DNA of 18,844 nucleotides from a virus. Shown here one piece after another: positions 5,640-12,725 of the stretch. The position numbers were made by a program, and so were the translations under genes. The first letter of the stretch is position 1, and each line of letters begins with the position of its first letter. The notes under the pieces were generated by a model, which was not told the DNA's origin, searched no databases, and saw only the letters and a program-made list of their open reading frames with translations. The stretch lies in IMG/VR virus record IMGVR_UViG_3300045988_023617. The stretch is one strand, 5' to 3'.

Positions 5640-7370
5640 ATGGCAACTACGCCAGTGGTGACGCCGAAGCAGCAATTGCGCCCGCTCACCGAATTCAATA
5701 ACGCTCAGATTCTCAACATGATTCGTAACGAGGCTTCGCCGGAATACCAGCGGCGAATGCCCTCGGCCACTCAGATGAACATGGACCGCCAGATGGCTAC
5801 GCTTATGTCTTCCACCCAGCTGAAGAACGAGTTTTATTCGGCGCTGGTGAACCGTATCGGCGGCACCTACGTGAACACATGGCGTTGGAATAATCCTCTC
5901 AGCGTTTTCCAGCGGGCATCGCAGGCGTATGGCGACACGTGGCAGGAAATCGCCGTGGGAATGCCGCTCGCGCAGGTCTATGACCCTGATGCGGAATATC
6001 TCGGCGCGGATAACTTCCGCAAGTGGAAAATCGACGTGGATTCGCTCTATCATCGTCTGGACTTTGCTCACTGGTATCCTGCGACCACGGATGATAAGAC
6101 GCTTCAGCGTGCTTTCACTTCCGAAAACGGTCTGGCCTCGCTCACTTCTCAGATTCTCACATCCTGCTACAATGCGGCTGAGGTTGACTTGTTCGAGGCT
6201 CTGTGCCACCAATTCGTCGAATACGCGAAACTCGGCGGCTATTGGCGTGTCCACATGGACAATGACCTGAACAACATGGGTAGTTCGGAAACGGACGCTC
6301 GCGACATGCTACGCCAGATTCGCGCATGGGCGGACACGCTTAAATTCGTTTCCACCAAGTACAACGCCCGTCACATGCCGACCTTCGCCCGCCCGGACGA
6401 ACTCGTGCTGTTCTGTTCCCCGGAAGTCAAGTCGGCGCTTGACGTGCAGGGCCTCGCCACGGTATTCCAGCGTACCGACGCCGAGCCGACCATCGACCGG
6501 ATTATCGTTATCCCTCAGGACAGGTTCGGCATGGATGGCGTACAGGCCATCCTAACGACCGACAAGTTTCTGATTGACATTCCGGTCATTAACGAAATGA
6601 CTCAGCAGACTAATCCGGTCAACATCAATTCGGTGAACCATTATCTGCATGTCCAACACATCATCTCGGTGTCCGGCTTCGCTCCGGCTGTCATGTTCTG
6701 GACGGGTGCCGGTTCCACCGCGAACGTGGTGACCCCTACCGGCACGCAGGCCGAAGCGCCGAAGTTCCAGCTCAAGCTTGCCATGTATGGCGGCGGTTCG
6801 GAAACTCCGAGCGATGTGGCGCGTGGCGGCGCGGTGCAGGTTACTGCCGACACGACTATCGCTAATGACGGTACCGCCACGTTCCGCTCGGATGCGGTCG
6901 AGTATCGTATCGGTGACACCGCCAAGCCGAAGAGCGATTACACGTATGTCTCGCCTACTGGCGTGCTTGTGGTCGGACTTGACGAACCGAACACCACCAT
7001 CCCGATCACCGCAACCGCATTGTACACGAATCCGGCGACGCCGGAAGTGCCGGGAACCGTGTCCGCGGCTCTGGACGTGCCAGTGGTCGGTGACGGTGTT
7101 ATCGGATTCAATCCGTCCATCATCGCATCCATTGCCGTGACCGTCCCGAACATGATCGTAGGACATACGGCGCAGGCGACTGCCGTGGCGACCATGATTG
7201 ACGGACGCACCGCCGACGTGACCGCACAGGCCGCTTGGACGTCCGGCACTCCGGCGAACGCCACCGTGTCCGAGTCCGGCGTGGTGACTGGCGTCAAGGC
7301 GGGCAGCTCTGACATCGCCGCCACGCTGTTCGGCGTGTCCGGCAAGAAGAGTGTGACCGTGACCGCGTGA
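5640..7370 (+). CDS. Major capsid protein (phi29 gp8-like) with C-terminal Ig-like (Big_2-type) domain
   Basis: [20 protein letters not shown] resembles gp8 [32 protein letters not shown] resembles NDFITSLVDRIG. NNPLSVF resembles [20 protein letters not shown] resembles IYNSAEVDEYEYM. The C-terminus ([68 protein letters not shown]) is a typical Big_2 pattern, and a second beta-rich segment precedes it. Strong SD GGAAGGAAGGA. Confidence 0.92.
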   Translation: [576 protein letters not shown]

Positions 7371-7376
7371 TATAAT
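7368..7376 (+). promoter_or_regulatory. Extended -10 promoter (TGATATAAT) overlapping the capsid stop codon
   Basis: The TGA stop (7368-7370) supplies the TGn of a perfect TGnTATAAT. A 105-nt structured leader follows, up to the tail-knob ATG. Confidence 0.5.
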
Positions 7377-7422
7377 GGGAGGGTAGCCGGTTGGCTACTC
7401 TCTCTCACGGTGTGATGCAAGA

Positions 7423-7463
7423 CAAGGCCCGGAGCGCAATCCACGTGATTGCTCCGGGCCTTG
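7423..7463 (+). promoter_or_regulatory. Strong hairpin between capsid and tail-knob genes (attenuator or RNA-stability element)
   Basis: CAAGGCCCGGAGC (7423-7435) pairs perfectly with GCTCCGGGCCTTG (7451-7463), 13 bp, plus an inner AATC/GATT stem. The apex contains CACGTG. No T run follows. A smaller hairpin GTAGCC-GGTT-GGCTAC lies at 7383-7398. Confidence 0.5.
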
Positions 7464-7481
7464 CCATACCGGAGGACAATA

Positions 7482-9809
7482 ATGATTGACGACGCGAACC
7501 CTTACGTAGAATCTAATTTTTCTTGGGCGGAATGGACACCGAACACGACACTGAAACTCTGCCGAGTGCCGTGGGATGCTTCATACCGTGATATCGTGCG
7601 GTTTGTTTCACGTGAAACGCAGCGAGAATGGTTCGACAAACTGGACGGCGTGGAATGCCGTCCGGCCACTATGCATATTTTCAACGCGCCCGCCCGCGTC
7701 GAACTGCCGTTTAACGAAGCATCGAACTGGAATTATCTTGTAGCCTATAACGACTACCCCGAATTGGAGGGGCCTCGCGCGTGGTATTACTTCATTCAGC
7801 GCGTCGAATACGTCAACGCCCATTGCACGCAATTGGTCTTGATGCTGGACGTGTGGCAGAGTTTCCAGCACGACGTCACATTCGGTAGCTGCTATGTGAC
7901 GCGCGGTCATATCGGCGTCGCCAACGAACGCCAGTGGAATGACTATGGGCGCACATATCTGGCGCTCCCGGAGGGCTTGGATACCGGAAGTGAAATGGTC
8001 ACAACGTCACAGGAATATCAGAGCATTATCGAAGGACGGCATTATGACATAGATGGCGGTGCCGTCGATTGGGTCGATTACGGTTTGATTGTGGTCAGCA
8101 CCACTAATCTCACCGACGACCCCGGCAGCACGTCCGAACCAAAGCTTACCACCGCAACCGGGGCCATCTTCGAGCAGGAGACGGACGGCTGTTCTGTCTA
8201 CTATTGTGAAAACCGAATGGCGTATGTCGCCAACATCATGGCCCTTGGCACGCTGTTCCCGTGGATAACGCAAGGTATTTGCGCCGTCTACATGGTGCCG
8301 AAAATTCCACAGGATTACGTGAGCCGATATGGGCATAGGGTTACGGAGATTTACGGGCAGCCAGTGTCAGAGGAATACGGCAACATTTATTCTTTTAATT
8401 CCTCTCTCGATTCGGACTTACGCTACGAGGATGTTATGTCCGTTGCGAACTTTCGCAATAAATTCAACATCCCCGCCCGATACCGGAATCTGCGCAAGCT
8501 CTATTGTTATCCGTTCTGCGTTATAGAATGCAGCTGTCTGAACGGCACGGTCATTACTTATCGACCTGAAGATATTCAATCCGATACGCTCACTGTCCGT
8601 GAAACCTACACTTACGCGCCGTCCGGTGCAAGAATCAATTTCTACATTCCCGGCTACAATGAGGCTGGAGCGACTACTACGGTCCCGCTGCGTATCGACG
8701 GCAAAGACATGGGGCTACCGATAGACGGCGGCGAAATGCTCAACGCAAGTTTCGGTATCACCAATTTGCCTCACTTTTCAGTGGTCAACAATGGTGGCGC
8801 GCTGGCTATGGCGAACAGCGCGTACACCCGCGCCTACGCGCAGGAGTCAGCCCAATGGACCAGGCAAAAGGCTTTAACTTCGGCTAACGTGGTCAACTCC
8901 AATGCCGCATTACAGCGCGAATACGCCACACGGCAAACCAATTGGGCAAACGAGAATCGGACGGCAACCAACGCCATCACTGCAAACTCGCTAAACCAGT
9001 CCCTTGCCATCGGACAGAATCAGACCAGCCAGATGGCTAATCTCCAAGTGGAGCAAAATATCAAGAGCAACAATCTCAACGGTATGGCCGGTATCATCGG
9101 GGGGGGACTGAACGCCGTCGCATCCCGCAGTCCATTGGGTGCGGTGAACGCGGTTGGCGGCGCGTTCCTCGGCTCCGCACATACGGACATCGCCAATTAC
9201 GGCATCAATTCGTCTGCCGCTGTCTCCAATTCCACGGCGGCGGCGAATACGGCGAATCAGATTGCCACCAATGCGGCGGCCACGTCGCAGGCCAACGCCT
9301 ACGCAAGCGGAGCGACCGCACTGGGCAACCAGCTGAACGCCGTCGTGTCGCAGGCGAATTACGGACTGGCCTCATATGCGGCTCAAGGTGATTACCAAAA
9401 CGCCATCGCCGGAATTAACGCTCAGGTGCAGCAGATGCAACTGACTCCGCCAACCACTTCGGGAGCGCTCGGCGGTGACATGTTCAACTTAAGCAACGGA
9501 ATTATGGGCGTGTTGGTGCGGTTCAAAACGTGTGCGCCGAGCGCGTTGAGGGCGGCAGGTGAATACATGCTACGCTATGGGTATTTTGTCCAGCGATTCG
9601 TCACCCCTCCCGCCTCACTGGAATGCATGGAGAAATTCACGTTCTGGCAGATGCAGGAGGCGTATGTGCGGGGCACGCTGCCTGAAGAATACCGACTGAC
9701 AATCAAAGGTATGTTTGAACGTGGTGTGACGGTTTGGGACAAGCCCGAGTATATCGGCGTGACTGACTGGGCTGACAATGAGCCACTTCCGGGCATTGGT
9801 TACGAGTGA
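7482..9809 (+). CDS. Tail knob / distal tube protein (phi29 gp9-like)
   Basis: The track ORF begins at TTG 7449, inside the hairpin. ATG 7482 has GGAGGA 5 nt upstream and gives 775 aa. [28 protein letters not shown] resembles gp9 [41 protein letters not shown] resembles [25 protein letters not shown] resembles [23 protein letters not shown]...GVTVWD resembles KYGYKINR...GITLWH. Confidence 0.88.
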   Translation: [775 protein letters not shown]

Positions 9810-9815
9810 TATAAT
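9807..9815 (+). promoter_or_regulatory. Extended -10 promoter (TGATATAAT) overlapping the tail-knob stop; 6 nt upstream of the portal ATG
   Basis: The TGA stop (9807-9809) is the TGn of a perfect TGnTATAAT. The hexamer ends at 9815 and the portal ATG starts at 9822. No SD lies between them. Confidence 0.55.
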
Positions 9816-9821
9816 GGCAGT

Positions 9822-10772
9822 ATGAGTAGGTCTAAAAAGAATCGAGTTGGCGGCGCGTTGCACCCACGTGGCAATTACGCGAAAACACGCGCCGTCACGC
9901 TTGATGACATGTATCTTCATTTGCTGATGGAACTCGCACTGAACCGTTTCAGCTGGCGCGGATTACCGCCCACTGTAGACGAACGTTGGCTGGAAATATG
10001 TCTGTGCGAATACGGATGCGCGTTGTTTTTCGAGGATAAGCGTATCGGCAGGTTCCTTGTGACTCAGGCAGGTTATCAAGGCAGATTGAACGTGTATAAT
10101 AATCCGACATGTTTCGAGCCGGTAGGCGTCAACTACCACTACAAGCAGCTCAAGGCCGGTTCGGAATGCATCCCTATCTGGGATAATCGAATGCGCGTCG
10201 GATTCAAGCCGACGTTATGGCAGTACGCGCGGCGCCTCGCCGACATTGACAAGGCGTATGACGTGAATCTGGAGAGTCTGAAGCTGCCGACCATCATCAC
10301 TGCCGACCCTCGCACCAAGCTCACCGTGCAGAACATGCTTCAACAACGGCAGGACGGTCAGGATTATATTATCGGATACGATTCGCTTGACCCCGGCAGC
10401 TCGTTCCAGCCGTGGCCGAACACAACGCCTTATCTGTTGGACAAGTTCGTCCAGCAAAAAGCGCAAGTGACTAATGAGGTGTTGGGATATCTCGGCATTC
10501 AATCGTCCGGCACGGAGAAAAAGGAACGGCTTATTTCCGATGAGGTGGCGCAAGCCAATGAGAAAGTAGACGTGTTCCGCTTGAGTTTCCTCAAGGCGCG
10601 GCAGACTGCGGCGACTGAGATTAACCGATTGTGGCCGCAACTGAACGTGTGGGTGGAGTATGCGGACGCGCAAAGCTCCGGCGTGCCCAACGCGCTTGAT
10701 TCAAGCGCAGGCGGCACTACGGACATCGATATGCCCGCATCGTACGACGCGGGTATCGGAGGGGTATTATGA
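9822..10772 (+). CDS. Portal / upper collar connector protein (phi29 gp10-like)
   Basis: 316 aa. LALNRFSWRGLPPTV resembles gp10 LAYQLFEWENLPPTI. GTEKKERLISDEV resembles NLEKKERMVTDEV. Basic N-terminus, as in gp10. No SD is present, so this is a candidate leaderless gene. Confidence 0.9.
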   Translation: MSRSKKNRVGGALHPRGNYAKTRAVTLDDMYLHLLMELALNRFSWRGLPPTVDERWLEICLCEYGCALFFEDKRIGRFLVTQAGYQGRLNVYNNPTCFEPVGVNYHYKQLKAGSECIPIWDNRMRVGFKPTLWQYARRLADIDKAYDVNLESLKLPTIITADPRTKLTVQNMLQQRQDGQDYIIGYDSLDPGSSFQPWPNTTPYLLDKFVQQKAQVTNEVLGYLGIQSSGTEKKERLISDEVAQANEKVDVFRLSFLKARQTAATEINRLWPQLNVWVEYADAQSSGVPNALDSSAGGTTDIDMPASYDAGIGGVL

Positions 10773-11566
10773 TGACGCAGGATTTTACCGCCTATGCTAT
10801 GGAGACTCCCGGCGAGTACACTGAAACTCTCGGCAATCTCATTGCATTCGGATACGACACGGCTGACAAGCTGCATCTGTCCGCCGACTACTATCCGATT
10901 TACCGAGAAGAACATCGTGCGGAATTGAACGAGAAAATCGTTCGCCATTACGCATTAAGGGAAATTGGGCAGGAAACCGCGCAGCAATTCGTTTTCTACT
11001 TGGGAACGACGATGGCGGAAATCATGCCCTATTTCAACGAGCGTTACCGGACGCTGGACATGCAATACAATCCGTTGGACTCTATGGATATGACGACGGA
11101 CAGCGAGAGCGGCAGCGAATCCCAGTCGTCCGGCAAAGCGTCCAGTACGCAGGACTCGACCAGCTCTAGCACATCCAAGTCAGACAATTCCAGCACTACC
11201 ACGTCAAAGAGTTTTGATAGCGACGTGCCGCAAACCGGTGTTGTAGGCGACTTCGCCCGCTACGCCTCCCATGCGAACGAATCGCAGGCGGACAGTTCCG
11301 GTACCGCGTCCAGTTCGCAGGATTCGACCAGTCACACCACGGCGCAAAGCGCAACCGACTACCAACACGATTCGAGCAACGCAAAGGGCAAGAGTCATGT
11401 GACCGGGCGCAGTCAGAGCGCCATGAGTCTGATTCAGGAATACCGGAACGCCATCATCAACGTGGATATGGAAATCGTACGCAGCCTCGAACCGTGTTTC
11501 ATGCAGATATGGGGTTCGTATGATACAATATTCGGCAACTGCCATAACTATGGAGAATGGGAGTAA
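10769..11566 (+). CDS. Lower collar protein (phi29 gp11-like) with long Ser/Thr-rich central segment
   Basis: 265 aa. ATGATG overlaps the portal stop (ATGA coupling), and GGAGGGG lies upstream. It sits directly after the portal. An N-terminal helical region (REIGQETAQQFVFYLGTTMAEIMPYFNERY) is followed by an S/T/D/Q-rich stretch and a conserved-looking C-terminus (LIQEYRNAIINVDMEI). Confidence 0.7.
   Translation: MMTQDFTAYAMETPGEYTETLGNLIAFGYDTADKLHLSADYYPIYREEHRAELNEKIVRHYALREIGQETAQQFVFYLGTTMAEIMPYFNERYRTLDMQYNPLDSMDMTTDSESGSESQSSGKASSTQDSTSSSTSKSDNSSTTTSKSFDSDVPQTGVVGDFARYASHANESQADSSGTASSSQDSTSHTTAQSATDYQHDSSNAKGKSHVTGRSQSAMSLIQEYRNAIINVDMEIVRSLEPCFMQIWGSYDTIFGNCHNYGEWE
11521..11529 (+). 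promoter_or_regulatory. Candidate extended -10 box (TGATACAAT) upstream of the appendage genes
   Basis: TGn + TACAAT, 40 nt upstream of ATG 11569, inside the 3' end of the lower-collar gene. Confidence 0.3.
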
Positions 11567-11568
11567 TC

Positions 11569-12159
11569 ATGAGCACCATTAATGCACTGGTTCCACGGCA
11601 ACGCTTGTTCGACGGGGTGCCGACATCTGTTCCGTTCACTTATCGGGACGGGCTGACAACTTTGCAGTTGATTGAATGCTTGCGCCATAATCTTGACGCT
11701 TTGCAGACATATGTAGATAAGGTTAAAGAATGGGTGAAGTCCGAATCCGACAAGACAGATGCGGAAATCTCCGAAATCAGCGAACATCTTGCGTCGGTCG
11801 ATGTGCAGCTTGAGGATATTATAAGCAAGCTCGGCAAGCTCGAAATCACCAATGATATTTATGACGTAACGCAAGGGCGGTACGTTGATAGCGTTGACGC
11901 AATGCGTAATATGTATCGCGAACTGGCTGTATTTGGCGCACGAGTCAACCAAATGGCACAACTATCCGTGCCGATGGCCGCCGCACATACGTGTCTTGAG
12001 TTCGCGGTGCTTGGCAACAAGACCATTTTCCACAACGACGAACCGCGCATTACGCCACGCGACGCGCACGTGGATGACGGCGAACCCGTCAATCCGCTAT
12101 CGGTGGAGAATCTCGCCAACAGTGTCGTGGTTAACGATTTTATAAAAACCGCAAAATAA
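11569..12159 (+). CDS. Putative neck/tail appendage structural protein with central coiled coil, 196 aa
   Basis: The track ORF starts at 11557. ATG 11569 lies 2 nt after the upstream TAA, with GGGAG 5 nt upstream. A heptad-like segment (LDALQTYVDKVKEWVKSESDKTDAEISEISEHLASVDVQLEDIISKLGKLE) is present. It sits between the collar and fiber genes. Confidence 0.5.
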   Translation: MSTINALVPRQRLFDGVPTSVPFTYRDGLTTLQLIECLRHNLDALQTYVDKVKEWVKSESDKTDAEISEISEHLASVDVQLEDIISKLGKLEITNDIYDVTQGRYVDSVDAMRNMYRELAVFGARVNQMAQLSVPMAAAHTCLEFAVLGNKTIFHNDEPRITPRDAHVDDGEPVNPLSVENLANSVVVNDFIKTAK

Positions 12160-12177
12160 TAGGAAGGATTACGGCAA

Positions 12178-12531
12178 ATGACCAGCAAAACCTCAAATTA
12201 TAATCTTGAGAAATATGACGCGACGGACGCGCCTAACCTTGAAGGCTCGTACAACCGTTCGATGGACATTCTCGATACGACGTTAAAGACGCAGTCGGAT
12301 AGGATTGACGCCATTCCGACACCGGAGTCACTACCGGAAGGTTTGAGTGCATTCACTGCCGCCCTTGGACTGAGCGCCGCTAACGCCAATGCGCTCGGTA
12401 CCGCGCTTAATCACTTCCTCAACCGTGTTCCCGCAACCAGTGGCGGCCAGTACACCGTCAAGAACCTCAACGACACCAAGGTCACCGCGGAGGGTCTGCC
12501 GTTCGTTTCCACCACTGCTTCGGGAGATTGA
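12178..12531 (+). CDS. Appendage protein 1 (117 aa) carrying the shared N-terminal fiber-anchor module
   Basis: SD AGGAAGGA. N-terminus KTSNYNLEKYDATDAPNLEGSYNRSMDILDTTLKTQSDRI aligns without gaps to the N-termini of the next two gene products. Confidence 0.65.
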   Translation: MTSKTSNYNLEKYDATDAPNLEGSYNRSMDILDTTLKTQSDRIDAIPTPESLPEGLSAFTAALGLSAANANALGTALNHFLNRVPATSGGQYTVKNLNDTKVTAEGLPFVSTTASGD

Positions 12532-12722
12532 TGGACATGGCAGACGGACAGCAGGCCACGCCGGTGGACTCCGCCGCGTACGGTATGACGGGACATTTTG
12601 GACTGCCGCTTTACAATGACGCGACACCGATGGACATGCGCGACGGGTTCAACAGAGCCATGCGCATGATAGACCAGATTCTAAATCAGCTCAATACTCA
12701 AATTCGAGAAAAAAAGGACTAA
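12531..12722 (+). CDS. Appendage protein 2 (63 aa), essentially the shared anchor module alone
   Basis: ATG 12531 overlaps the upstream TGA (TGATG), and GGGAG lies 4 nt upstream. The track lists a TTG start at 12528. Contains MTGHFGLPLYNDATPMDMRDGFNRAMRMIDQILNQLNTQI. Confidence 0.55.
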   Translation: MDMADGQQATPVDSAAYGMTGHFGLPLYNDATPMDMRDGFNRAMRMIDQILNQLNTQIREKKD

Positions 12723-12725
12723 ACA

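Noticed and set aside
6165-6173. TGCTACAAT extended -10-like box inside the capsid gene
   Set aside because: It is internal to a CDS, and no ATG or SD lies at a suitable distance. About one such match per genome is expected by chance. It could be an internal promoter, but I have no supporting context.
5580-7444. Long minus-strand ORFs opposite the capsid gene (5580..6254, 6552..7166, 6938..7444)
   Set aside because: They lie antisense to a CDS with strong gp8 homology. They have no SD or promoter context, and their Arg/Gly/His-rich composition is typical of shadow ORFs in GC-rich coding DNA.
7449-7481. TTG start of the tail-knob track ORF
   Set aside because: It lies inside the 3' arm of the 13-bp hairpin with no SD, whereas ATG 7482 has a perfect GGAGGA 5 nt upstream.
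10095-10100. TATAAT hexamers inside the portal gene (10095) and the appendage gene (12198), and TGGGATAAT at 10179
   Set aside because: They lack the TGn spacing or a consensus hexamer, and they are not at gene boundaries. I treat them as chance matches.
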